A DNA stretch of 64,000 nucleotides, from positions 455,198 to 519,197 of the forward strand of contig CAWBXS010000002.1 of assembly GCA_963792825.1 (NCBI GenBank), written 5' to 3'. The DNA comes from an uncultured delta proteobacterium. GTDB taxonomy: Bacteria; Myxococcota_A; Polyangia; Polyangiales; Houyiibacteriaceae. The notes under the pieces were generated by a model. It did not search any database, had not been told where the DNA came from, and was given only the letters and a program-made list of their open reading frames with translations. This document shows positions 18,315-27,435 of the stretch, one piece after another (positions within the stretch are counted from its first letter, which is position 1; every line of letters starts with the position of its first letter). A program made the position numbers and the translations under genes.

Positions 18315-19265
18315 ATGACGAGAGAGCGCATGTGGCAGAAGCTTGCCACATTGGGTGTATTGTTTGCCACCATGGCCGCGTTTACGTGGGGAGCACGCGC
18401 GTCCGCCCAAGAAGAGGCCATTCCCGACAGCGTCGCCGCTGACGTTGCGGGGCCGTCGACCCAGGCTGCAGGCGAAGCAACCTTCACGGCGCCTCCGCCA
18501 AACCTCAACGAGGTGGCGCCGGCCGCAGCACCTGAAGAAGAGCCCAAGGCCGAAGTCGACTGGGCTCTGAGCCTCGGCGGTGCGGTCAACACCGGAAACA
18601 CCCGGTCGTGGAACATCAATGCGGGCACGGACTTCAAGCTCGTGAAACAGAAGCACACGCTCACGATCGCGTCGATTTTCAACTACGGCAAAGCCGATGC
18701 CACGCCGTCCGACCCGGCTAGCAGCTTCGACACGATCGCGAAAAAATTCTTTTTTGACGCGCAGTACGATTACTTCTTCACCGACATGGACGCCGTTTGG
18801 GGTGCGCTAGGCTTTCGATGGGATCCGTTGGCAGGCTTTAGGACACAGCTTCTTGCGAACGCGGGCTACCTGCGTGCGTTCATCAAGACCGACAAGCATT
18901 ACTTTGCCGGACGCATCGGCTACAGCTACACGTTTGAAAACTATCAGCCGCCGGCGACGCTCACGAGCAACTCGAACATCCATGGCTTGCTCGCGGCGCT
19001 CGACTACCAAAACAAGCTAAACGAGCACGTCGAGTTCGATTCGAGCATCGTGACCATCTACAACCTGAACAAGATCCCCGTTCAGAACGCCACGGCCTTT
19101 CAGGACATCCGAATCTACCTCACGGCCGCATTGCTCTCGCAGCTCAACGAAAAACTAGCCTTGGAGGCGCGGTTCCTGATGCTCTACGATCGGCTACCTG
19201 CAGGAGCGGACCTCGTGAAGACGGACACGACGACCATCTTCAGCTTGGTCTACACCCTGATGTGA
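18315..19265 (+). CDS. outer-membrane beta-barrel protein, DUF481/YdiY-like (tentative)
   Basis: Signal peptide (ATMAAFTWGARASAQE), WALSLGGAVNTGNT motif, and alternating-polarity beta-strand pattern through to the C-terminus. Confidence 0.55.
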   Translation: MTRERMWQKLATLGVLFATMAAFTWGARASAQEEAIPDSVAADVAGPSTQAAGEATFTAPPPNLNEVAPAAAPEEEPKAEVDWALSLGGAVNTGNTRSWNINAGTDFKLVKQKHTLTIASIFNYGKADATPSDPASSFDTIAKKFFFDAQYDYFFTDMDAVWGALGFRWDPLAGFRTQLLANAGYLRAFIKTDKHYFAGRIGYSYTFENYQPPATLTSNSNIHGLLAALDYQNKLNEHVEFDSSIVTIYNLNKIPVQNATAFQDIRIYLTAALLSQLNEKLALEARFLMLYDRLPAGADLVKTDTTTIFSLVYTLM

Positions 19266-19276
19266 GATGGCACGGC

Positions 19277-19299
19277 TCCCCCGAATGCATCCCGGGGGA
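19277..19299. terminator. GC-rich hairpin between convergent genes (possible bidirectional terminator)
   Basis: TCCCCCG-aatgcatcc-CGGGGGA is a 7-bp perfect stem in the 57-nt gap between the DUF481 stop and the mscL stop. There is no clear U-tract. Confidence 0.35.
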
Positions 19300-19322
19300 A
19301 CCGAGCACTTCACAGGGTGGGC

Positions 19323-19745
19323 CTAGCCACGCTTTGCCAAGAGGTCCCGAATTTCTCCGAGGAGCACTTCCTCTTTCGGCGGTGGCGGCGGGGCAGCCTC
19401 TTCCACTTTCTCCTCCTTGCGGCGGAGCGAGTTCATCCCTTTGATCATCATGAAGATCACGAACGCAATGATGACGAAGTCGAAGACCGCCATGATGAAG
19501 GAGCCGTACTTGAGCACCGCGGCGCCCGCTGCTTCCGCGGCGGCAAGCGAGTCGTAGCTGCCTTCGCCCAGTAAGATGTAGCTTTGGCTGAAGTCGACAC
19601 CGCCGGTGAACAGTCCGACTACCGGCATGAGGACGTCACCCACCAGCGAGGCAATGATCTTTCCGAAAGCCGCTCCGATGATGATACCGACGGCCATGTC
19701 CATCACATTGCCCTTGAGGGCGAACTCTTTGAATTCCTTGAGCAT
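19323..19745 (-). CDS. mscL: large-conductance mechanosensitive channel
   Basis: [44 protein letters not shown] is the canonical MscL N-terminus/TM1. 140 aa. Confidence 0.95.
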   Translation of the reverse strand: MLKEFKEFALKGNVMDMAVGIIIGAAFGKIIASLVGDVLMPVVGLFTGGVDFSQSYILLGEGSYDSLAAAEAAGAAVLKYGSFIMAVFDFVIIAFVIFMMIKGMNSLRRKEEKVEEAAPPPPPKEEVLLGEIRDLLAKRG

Positions 19746-19869
19746 CCTTTTCCTTTCGCGCTCAGCGCCTCATCCCTGAGGCCTGACCCCGGTGACGGCC
19801 CCGTGGCCATCACGACGCGGTTATCGCAAAACTGCCGACAAATGCAATGAGCCACTCAGGTGCTGGCGG

Positions 19870-21114
19870 TCACTCGACGAAGAACTCCGGGTGATTCGCC
19901 CGATACTTCTCGAAGGTATCCAAGCTGGCCGTCTCGGCGATCCTCTTCATGATCTCCTCGTCCACAACCCCTGGAGGCATCCATGCTGCCGCTGCGGGAG
20001 CACCCGATGGATGGAGGTCGCCCGTCAGTCTCAGCAATGGATCCCCCATGAGGACGATCCCCAAGTGCCACTCGTCGCTGCGCTTGCCAGCCTCGTTGAA
20101 CCATTGCTCGTATGCCTCACCCCATCGCCGTCCGAGCACCAGGCTTTCGTGAAAGACGTGCGGGCCATTGACTGCGCCTGTCTTCGTAGATCCGATGATC
20201 GCGAGCCCATAGTCAGACCCCACTACGTAGTCCTGCGCGACGGTCGGGCTCGTGTTGGTAAACCTCGCGGCCGAACAATTGAACAAATTGAAAAACGAGC
20301 CTTTGAAATTGTACTGTGCGATGTTCCTGAGGATGCCGTACGTGGTCTGGTTGTTGTCGTTGATGTCCTTGATAGACAAGAACGTCGGTGCCGAGTGCAT
20401 CCACTGATACGTGAACTCGGCGCCATTGCCGCTTAGATTTGCGAGGTACACGTCGAGCGTGCTGTCGGTCTTCTCTTTGACGATCTCGACTCTGCTGTAG
20501 AGCCTGGCCAAGTCGAACGCCCCCTCGGTGTTCGCATGGGACCAGTCGTCGTCGATGAAGATGAACCCCGAGACGTCCACGAGCGGACCGACCCGGTGAT
20601 AGTAATCGACGCGAGCGAAGTAATCCTGAAGTTGGGCCGGCGTGCCGTTTAGACGCGAGGTGTAGATGTCGAGCTCGAGGTCGGAGTGCGTGTCGAAAAC
20701 TCCGTTGCCGTCCTCGTCCGTCCAAACGGCATCGCGGTCCTGGAGATACAGATCCGTCGGAAAGCACTCAGGCCAGTCGAACGCGACTTGCTCGTACCAG
20801 GCGGCGGGCAGGTTCCCGATGAGAAGCGCACCTTCAATGTCGTCCAAATCGGCGTACTCGAACAAGACCGCTCTGAGATCATCGACGGTACCAGGAAGCC
20901 ACGGCTCCACCCGAACGTCAAACCCTTCGGTCCGGACGGTTTCGGCATACTGCGCGAGGCTCGCTTGAAGAGGTTCGTAGAGGGAGCTCTCTACGACGAC
21001 CAAGAAGCTCCGCCTGACTGGCTCGTTCGCGGGATCACCACACCCGACACACACGGCAGCGCAAAGCAACCAAAGGCACATGGCATCACGGGGGCACTTT
21101 GAATGCGATAGCAT
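19870..21114 (-). CDS. gingipain/C25-like (clan CD) cysteine peptidase homologue, lipoprotein; paralogue of 29561-30808
   Basis: Start trimmed to MLSHSKCPRDAMCLWLLCAAVCVGCGDP (ATG 21114, alt. 21081). The 600-aa track ORF would overlap the kinase gene. C25-order motifs are ALLIGNLPAAWYE, DLYLQDRD..DIYTSRL, a His in YQWMHSAP, a Cys in FNLFNCSAARF, and VLMGDPLLRL. Confidence 0.65.
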   Translation of the reverse strand: MLSHSKCPRDAMCLWLLCAAVCVGCGDPANEPVRRSFLVVVESSLYEPLQASLAQYAETVRTEGFDVRVEPWLPGTVDDLRAVLFEYADLDDIEGALLIGNLPAAWYEQVAFDWPECFPTDLYLQDRDAVWTDEDGNGVFDTHSDLELDIYTSRLNGTPAQLQDYFARVDYYHRVGPLVDVSGFIFIDDDWSHANTEGAFDLARLYSRVEIVKEKTDSTLDVYLANLSGNGAEFTYQWMHSAPTFLSIKDINDNNQTTYGILRNIAQYNFKGSFFNLFNCSAARFTNTSPTVAQDYVVGSDYGLAIIGSTKTGAVNGPHVFHESLVLGRRWGEAYEQWFNEAGKRSDEWHLGIVLMGDPLLRLTGDLHPSGAPAAAAWMPPGVVDEEIMKRIAETASLDTFEKYRANHPEFFVE

Positions 21115-21286
21115 TGGACGCCTTCCTCCTCTGCCTCGATGGTGTCTCAACGCAAACCAGCTACGCGCTGTGCAACGTTCGTACCAAGAAGCGTGGGGCC
21201 TAGGGGGGCGAATTATGAAGGTGTGATCGGATTCTCCGGCGAAAAACCAGCGCGAATCAAGCCAAGAGCGCATGATCTGCGCGTGC

Positions 21287-23164
21287 TCAGAGGCCCCGCA
21301 GGTATCGAATCGCCTCATCTGCCTCGGCGCGGAGGCAAGCGTTGGTGTTGACCTTCTTCTTGATCGGGCCGCCCTCGGTGCGGATTCGCGTCCTCGCCTT
21401 GCGCAGCGCGGGAATGGCACTCGCATCCCCCAACGCGCGAAGCTTCGCGACTCCGGCCTTCCGGTCCGCACAGCTCGGCCCCTGCTGAAGGTCGAGGATG
21501 TATGAGCCGAGCCTGTCGATTCGGTCGCCCACGCCGACCTCCTCCGCAACACTGACTGCCTTATGCCGTCGACGCGAGACCTTGGATGAAGAAGCAAGGT
21601 CGACCAGCTGATCGGCCGCGGCTCCGTCCCTCGCCACCGATACCAATACACCAAGGAAGTCGAGGGCAGCATCTACGACGCGAGGATCGGTCTGAGTCAG
21701 CATGAGCTCGACGTTGCTGCGCATGAGCTTGTCCTTGGCGAGCTTGGGCTCGAGCGACACCGCCGTCTCGTAAGCTTTCAGGGCGTGGGTGCTCCGCTTC
21801 GCGTTCACCAGGGCATGACCGAGGACCATCTGCACGTGCGGCTGCCCGCGAACATCCGGTTCCTGTCCCATGAGGTACGATGCCGCTTCTTCGGGGCGGC
21901 CTTGCTCGAGCATCTGCGCGGCCGCCTGCAAGACGGGCCCCTGGGTCTCGGGCGCTAGCGGAAAACGCCCTCCGCGCGCAGATCCTTCCGGGTCTCTGCC
22001 CGTCAGCGCGAAAGCAAGCACGGCGATGAGCGCCGTACCTACGATTGCAGCAGAGATGGCCCACGCAGCGCGTTTCTTCGTGCCGACCACTCGGGCGACG
22101 GTCCCCGAAAGCGAGCTCGCAGTGCCTTTGAAGACGGGCGAGAGAATCTTGCGCGGGCCGGAATCTCCCTCGCGCTCGGCGGAGAGGATCTGGTTGATTC
22201 GATCGATGTACGCTCTGGCGCTTCGAATTCGTCTTTCCGGCTTTTTCTGCAAGCCGTGCAGGATGAGCTGCTCCAGGGCCTCGGGAACTTCCAAATCGGG
22301 CGCCACCTCACCGAATGTCGGGACTATCGCCGAAACATGCATGCGCAAGAGCGTGCCGACTTCGTCCGAGTCGAATGGGGGCACGCCCGTGACCATCTCG
22401 TACAGCATGACCGACAGAGAGTAGAGATCGGCTCGTCCGTCTATCGGTAGGCCATACGCTTGTTCGGGTGCGATATACGTCGGCGTGCCAACCGTGACGC
22501 CCTGCTGGGTCAACTTGGCGTCGTTCGTCAGCAGTCCGGTGTCCGTCTCGGGTTTCGCGTCGTCGTGGAGCTTTGCGATCCCGAAATCGAGGATTTTCGC
22601 GAAATCGCGATCACCATCTTGTTCGACGAGAATCACGTTCTCGGGCTTGACGTCCCGGTGAATGATTCCGGCCGCGTGGGCGGAGCTGAGGGCACTCAGA
22701 ACATGGCGTGCGATGTGCATCGCGCGCCTCCACTCGACGCGTTCTTGCCGTTCGAGCAAGTCGGAAAGCAAGACACCATCGAGCAGCTCGAGAACCATGT
22801 AGAACGTACCATCATCGAGCTTTCCGAAGTCCGAAACGTTGACACAGTTCGGGTGATCGACACGGCCGATGGCGAACGCTTCGCGCTCGAAGCGTTTGGT
22901 GAACTCGTCGACCTCGCCGACCTCTGGATGCAGGAGCTTGAGCGCCAGCGGCCGGCGAATCGAAACGTGCTCCGCAAGATAGACGCAACCCATCCCGCCG
23001 GATCCGAGAACCCCGGTGATCCGGTAGCGCGAGTCCAAGACGTCGCCGATCTGTGGTATCTGAGGACTCGGAGCCGCCGGCAGGGCCTGCACCCGACTTC
23101 CCCCCTCCGAAGTGCGCACGCCTACAGTATTGCGAAAAGCGCGAGCCGAAGCAGGCAAAACCAT
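21287..23164 (-). CDS. Ser/Thr protein kinase with TM helix and extracytoplasmic TPR/HEAT-like domain
   Basis: GVLGSGGMGCVYLAEH (P-loop), ALKLL (Lys), HRDVKPENV, DFGIAK and APEQ. A TM helix (AAWAISAAIVGTALIAVLAFAL) follows. The C-terminal helical repeats include a HEAT-like LRALGDASAIPALRKA. Confidence 0.9.
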   Translation of the reverse strand: MVLPASARAFRNTVGVRTSEGGSRVQALPAAPSPQIPQIGDVLDSRYRITGVLGSGGMGCVYLAEHVSIRRPLALKLLHPEVGEVDEFTKRFEREAFAIGRVDHPNCVNVSDFGKLDDGTFYMVLELLDGVLLSDLLERQERVEWRRAMHIARHVLSALSSAHAAGIIHRDVKPENVILVEQDGDRDFAKILDFGIAKLHDDAKPETDTGLLTNDAKLTQQGVTVGTPTYIAPEQAYGLPIDGRADLYSLSVMLYEMVTGVPPFDSDEVGTLLRMHVSAIVPTFGEVAPDLEVPEALEQLILHGLQKKPERRIRSARAYIDRINQILSAEREGDSGPRKILSPVFKGTASSLSGTVARVVGTKKRAAWAISAAIVGTALIAVLAFALTGRDPEGSARGGRFPLAPETQGPVLQAAAQMLEQGRPEEAASYLMGQEPDVRGQPHVQMVLGHALVNAKRSTHALKAYETAVSLEPKLAKDKLMRSNVELMLTQTDPRVVDAALDFLGVLVSVARDGAAADQLVDLASSSKVSRRRHKAVSVAEEVGVGDRIDRLGSYILDLQQGPSCADRKAGVAKLRALGDASAIPALRKARTRIRTEGGPIKKKVNTNACLRAEADEAIRYLRGL

Positions 23165-23278
23165 GCGGCGAGGCGGTCCTTCGTGTGGCGTCCTCCTCTT
23201 GCAATGCGAGATGGATCACGAAGTGGCGCCGCACATCTGTACAGCTATGCGGAGTACACGAACCGGGCGCGACGAGCT

Positions 23279-24148
23279 CTAGAGCCTGAAAACCGTCCTG
23301 GCGTTCTCGTGAAGGAACAGTCTTCGTACCTCGTCCGGCAGGCTGAGCGCTGCGAGTTGGGCCATGCACTTGGCGGGCTGAATCATCGGGAAGTTGCTGC
23401 CGAACAGAACCTTGTGCCGCCCGGTACCCTTCATGAATCGGACGAGCGCATCCGGATAGCGCTCCGGGGTGTAGGCGGAGGTGTCGATGTACACGTTCTC
23501 GTATTTCGTCGCGAGCGAGATCATCTCCTCGGTCCAGGGATAGCCAATGTGCCCACCAACGATGCGAAGCTCGGGGAATTCACACGCGACCTCGTCGAGA
23601 TATGGAATGGGCCGTCCAGGGTCGCTTGGCCGCAACGGACCAGCGTGCCCAACCTGAAGGCAGAAAGGGATGTCGAGCTCGATGCACTCGGCGTAAATCG
23701 GGTAATAACGGCGGTCGTTCGGGGGTAAGCCCCAAAGCCACGGCAGCTGGCGCACGCCGACGAAGCCGAGCTCCTTCACGCAGCGTCGAAGCTCGCGGAC
23801 CGCGTCCATCGGGCGGTGCAGGTTCACGGAGCCGACGCCAACGAGGCGATCCGGGGCCGATTCGACCGTGCGAGCGACCTCGTCGTTGCTGATGAGCGGC
23901 CCCTCCGGGCTCCACCACGCCGACGCAAGCGCCCGGGTGATGCCCGCCCCGTCGAGTGCAGCGAGCGTGAGCTCGAGCGGCATTGCATCGGGAACGGCGG
24001 TGAGCTTCATCCATCGCCGGAGCGATGCAAACATGTCATGGCCGATGAAGGGCCCAGTGGGATGCTGGATCCAGGCGTCGATGATCGGCTCGGTCATGAC
24101 GCCATCCTTCACCCGGATGCCCGCTGGGGCAAGCATCAAGTCATGCAA
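23279..24148 (-). CDS. amidohydrolase-2 (metal-dependent hydrolase/decarboxylase) family protein
   Basis: IIDAWIQHPT start motif, FVGVRQLP, the GHIGYPW His, and KVLFGSNFP...ENARTVFRL are typical of PF04909-type amidohydrolases. The start may be Met at 24097. Confidence 0.75.
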   Translation of the reverse strand: MHDLMLAPAGIRVKDGVMTEPIIDAWIQHPTGPFIGHDMFASLRRWMKLTAVPDAMPLELTLAALDGAGITRALASAWWSPEGPLISNDEVARTVESAPDRLVGVGSVNLHRPMDAVRELRRCVKELGFVGVRQLPWLWGLPPNDRRYYPIYAECIELDIPFCLQVGHAGPLRPSDPGRPIPYLDEVACEFPELRIVGGHIGYPWTEEMISLATKYENVYIDTSAYTPERYPDALVRFMKGTGRHKVLFGSNFPMIQPAKCMAQLAALSLPDEVRRLFLHENARTVFRL

Positions 24149-24195
24149 GGTCAGCTGCGGAATCGCCCTGGGTTCGCGCTGGCCGACACCGCTCG

Positions 24196-25539
24196 CTATG
24201 GGTAGCGCATGCCGGGCGCCGCCGAGCCCTCACCGATGCGGAGGATGGCGTCGGAGCGGGCGACTTGGATCTGAACGAGACGGGATCGCGCATCCCGCAG
24301 CGCGGCGCGAGCATCTGCAACCGACTCGAGCTCGACAGCGCCGAGATCGTACCTGGCCTGCGCCTGCTCCACGCGCTTCTCCGAGATCGAGACCAGATTA
24401 GTGGCTAGGACGAGCTGCTCCTCGGCCTGCTTTCGATCGAGGAGCGCCCGCTGCCGATCCTCGTCTACCTTCAGTTGGGCGTCGCGGGCGCGCGCTTCGA
24501 GCTCGATGGCTTCGGCTTCAGCGGCGTGGGCCATCGCGACGGCCCTCCCTCCATCCCAGAAGGGAACCGCGAGGCTCACCCCGAGGCGATACATCGGAAA
24601 CACCCTTTCATTGATCCCGGCAACACCGGTTTGACCGATGATCGCGAGCGCCGGGACGCGGCTTCCGCGGTGCATCTGGGCTTCTCGGCGCGCCGCCTCG
24701 CCCTGACGCTCGAGAACATCGACCTCCGAATGCGCGGGTGCCTTGGATTCGGCCGCGGTGATCTCGAGGAGCTCGACGTCGGGCTCTGCCTCCGGGGATA
24801 GCTCTGCGCCCACCGTAGACTCCAAGAGACTCTTTGCGCCGATCGCCCTTGTCAGCGCTTCGCTGGCGGCAAGCTCGACCTGCAGCTCCTCGTAGCGCGC
24901 GGCGTCCAGCTCGGTCCCAGGAAGGTCACCTTGGGCTACCCGCTCCTCGATGCGCGCACGCTGAGCTTTCGCTTCTTCGGCGGCGCTCACTGCAAAGCGG
25001 TACATCAATTCGTGGGCCATCCAATCGAGGTAGGAGGCGCGCACCACGGCGAGCACGCTCTCGCGGGAGGCGCCAGAGCCTGCTTCGGCGGCTGCACGGT
25101 ATGCTTCAGCCGCCTTGATCGAAGCCTTGGCCCGGCCGTCGTAAAGCGGTGCGCGCATGTCGATGATTGCTTCGTACCGTGCGTTCGGCCGAAACGCGCC
25201 TGGCTGCCTGACCGTCGGCGAAGCCTGGACGTTGACCTCACGGCCATCGACCGTTTGGACCTGCTCGATGAACGAGCCCGGCGCCGCCACGGTCAGTAGG
25301 TTCATCCCGAAGGTCGGCCTCTTGGCGGCACGCGCTACCTCGAGCTCGGCGTTCGCGTGCGCGGTCGTGGCCTCGACCGATTCCCAGCGCTCCTGGTTTT
25401 GAAGCGCAAGCTCCTCGACCTCGTGAAGCGTGACGATCTCAGCCGATGCAGCGTCAGGTGTGAGGATCGTAGCCAGCACGACCAGCATCGCCGGTGCTTG
25501 GCCCTTCCAATTGAAGACCACATTCATGTTCCACCTCAT
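24196..25539 (-). CDS. TolC-family outer-membrane efflux protein
   Basis: Signal peptide and two OEP repeats (LHEVEELALQNQERWE...; RYDLGAVELESVADARAALRDA). It overlaps the upstream permease stop by 4 nt. Confidence 0.85.
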   Translation of the reverse strand: MRWNMNVVFNWKGQAPAMLVVLATILTPDAASAEIVTLHEVEELALQNQERWESVEATTAHANAELEVARAAKRPTFGMNLLTVAAPGSFIEQVQTVDGREVNVQASPTVRQPGAFRPNARYEAIIDMRAPLYDGRAKASIKAAEAYRAAAEAGSGASRESVLAVVRASYLDWMAHELMYRFAVSAAEEAKAQRARIEERVAQGDLPGTELDAARYEELQVELAASEALTRAIGAKSLLESTVGAELSPEAEPDVELLEITAAESKAPAHSEVDVLERQGEAARREAQMHRGSRVPALAIIGQTGVAGINERVFPMYRLGVSLAVPFWDGGRAVAMAHAAEAEAIELEARARDAQLKVDEDRQRALLDRKQAEEQLVLATNLVSISEKRVEQAQARYDLGAVELESVADARAALRDARSRLVQIQVARSDAILRIGEGSAAPGMRYP

Positions 25540-26780
25540 TCATGGCGCAAAGCATCGATCGGCTGGAGCTGCGCCGCGCGCCGGGCGGGAAGGTAGCCGA
25601 AAGCGACTCCGACACTGGTTCCGAAGGCTGCAGCGCCGATCATCGTGAGCAAGGGCAGGCCGCCAGACCAAGCCATGGCCCGCGCCACGAGACTCGATGC
25701 GATCCAGCCGAGGAGCACGCCCACCATCGATCCGGCGAACGACAACACCACGGCCTCGGACAGAAACTGCGTCAGAATCTGCCGGGGTGATGCTCCGATT
25801 GCGGATCGAATGCCGATCTCCTTGGTGCGCTCCGCCACCGACACCAGTTGAATGTTCATCACCCCAATGCCGCCCACCAGCAGCGACACGGCGGCGATTC
25901 CCATCAGAAGGCCTGTGAGTATGTTGGAGACCAGCCTCGCGACTTCGGCCTGCTGCGCGGGGCTTGCCAATCTGAAGTCGTCCGCTTGGTCCTCGGAAAG
26001 CCGGTGAGAATGGCGCATGATGGGGCCAAATTCCAATATCGCCGTTTCCAAGAGGTTGAGATCGCGTACTTGCACCATGAGCTCGTGGTACCCGATGGGC
26101 ATCCCGAGAAACGCTGCGTAGGTGGTTGCGGGGATCAGCACCGTGTCGTCGAGGTCGGTCCCGGTCGTCTGCTGTCCTTTCGACGCGAGCACGCCGATGA
26201 TTTGGCAGGGAAGGTTGGCGCCAATCGTGATGGTCTTGCCCACTGGGTCAGCTTGACCGAAGAGCTCCCGTGCGACCGTGGTCCCGATCACGGCCACCTT
26301 CGCTCGTTGCTGAACATCGGTGTCGTCGAACATGCCCCCGATCTGCATCGGCCACTCTCGGACGTAGACGAAGCCCGGCATCGTGCCGGTGACGTTCGTG
26401 AAGTAGGTCGCATCTACAGAGTGGACGGGTTGAAGCTCTGTCACCCGAGGGACGACCCTCTCGATCGTCATCGCGTCGCGCCTCAGCGCTTCGGCATCTG
26501 CATCGGTAAGGGGCTTTGCAGTGCCCGGAAAGTCGAGCCGGCCGAGGTTGCTCCGGACGAAGACGACGCGCGTGCCCAGAATCTCGAATTGCTGCATCAC
26601 CGACGCGCGCGCACCCGTGCCAAAGCTGACCATCGCAATGAAGGCGGCCACGCCGATGGCGAGACCGAGCACGGTAAGCGTGCTCCGGCCCGGATTCCGG
26701 ATCGCGGTGCGAACGGCCCGACCCACGATTTCGCTACGCGTGTGCCGCATGTGGGCTCCCATCGGCGACGACCCTTCCAT
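25536..26780 (-). CDS. ABC transporter permease, MacB/FtsX-like
   Basis: N-terminal TM helix, a large periplasmic MacB_PCD-like domain, and a C-terminal FtsX 3-TM bundle (VMNIQLVSVAERTKEIGIRSAIGA). The true start is probably Met at 26762 or 26750. Confidence 0.85.
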   Translation of the reverse strand: MEGSSPMGAHMRHTRSEIVGRAVRTAIRNPGRSTLTVLGLAIGVAAFIAMVSFGTGARASVMQQFEILGTRVVFVRSNLGRLDFPGTAKPLTDADAEALRRDAMTIERVVPRVTELQPVHSVDATYFTNVTGTMPGFVYVREWPMQIGGMFDDTDVQQRAKVAVIGTTVARELFGQADPVGKTITIGANLPCQIIGVLASKGQQTTGTDLDDTVLIPATTYAAFLGMPIGYHELMVQVRDLNLLETAILEFGPIMRHSHRLSEDQADDFRLASPAQQAEVARLVSNILTGLLMGIAAVSLLVGGIGVMNIQLVSVAERTKEIGIRSAIGASPRQILTQFLSEAVVLSFAGSMVGVLLGWIASSLVARAMAWSGGLPLLTMIGAAAFGTSVGVAFGYLPARRAAQLQPIDALRHE

Positions 26781-27435
26781 CGCGCAAGAAAACCTGGCGG
26801 TGGCAGAAATCCGCGATCTCCGGATCGTGCGTGACGATAATCAAAGTGAGCGACCGCGCCTGGTGGATTTCGAGAAGCAAGCTCATGACCTCGTTCCCTG
26901 TCTTCGTGTCGAGCGCTCCGGTGGGCTCGTCGGCGAGAATGAGGCGGGGCTCCGCAGCGATCGCGCGGGCAATCGCAACACGCTGCTTTTCGCCGCCCGA
27001 AAGCTCCGACGGCCTGTGGCCCATTCGATGGCCCAGACCAACGCGCTCGAGAAGCTCGACTGCGCGAGCCTCTCGCTCGACCCGGCCGCGGCCTGCGTAG
27101 TAGAGGGGAAGCGTGACGTTTTCGAGGACGGTGTTGTCCGAGATCAAGTGAAACGACTGAAAGACGAAACCAATGTAGTGAAGGCGCACCCAGGCCCGCT
27201 CCCGTTGGCTGAGCGTGGACACGTCGCGTCCGCCGAGCGAGTAGGACCCACGCGTGGGGCCATCGAGGCACCCGAGAATGTTGAGCAAAGTTGACTTGCC
27301 CGACCCAGACGGGCCCCGTAGCGCGATGATCTCTCCAGACTCCACGGTCAGGTCGATGTCGTCGAGCACCGGCGCCGTCATGTGGGGAAACTCTTTGCGA
27401 ATGCCATGGGCTTCCACGATCGAGAATCCCGTCAC
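26734..27435 (-). CDS. ABC transporter ATP-binding protein (MacB/LolD type)
   Basis: Walker A GPSGSGKSTLLN, signature LSGGEKQRVAIARA, Walker B LILADEPTGALD. ATGA overlap with the adaptor stop. Confidence 0.95.
   Translation of the reverse strand: MTGFSIVEAHGIRKEFPHMTAPVLDDIDLTVESGEIIALRGPSGSGKSTLLNILGCLDGPTRGSYSLGGRDVSTLSQRERAWVRLHYIGFVFQSFHLISDNTVLENVTLPLYYAGRGRVEREARAVELLERVGLGHRMGHRPSELSGGEKQRVAIARAIAAEPRLILADEPTGALDTKTGNEVMSLLLEIHQARSLTLIIVTHDPEIADFCHRQVFLRDGRVVADGSPHAAHA

Noticed and set aside
21115-21672. N-terminal 186-aa extension of the 600-aa track ORF 19870-21672. Similar upstream extensions occur at 49794-50015 (rdgB), 50543-50635 (rph), 28653-28832 (MacA), 39671-39760, 12497-12568 and 63828-63878 (dinB).
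   Set aside because: The extensions are Arg-rich and non-homologous. They overlap the neighbouring gene or an operator. Internal Met codons coincide with the family-typical N-terminus or with a signal peptide.
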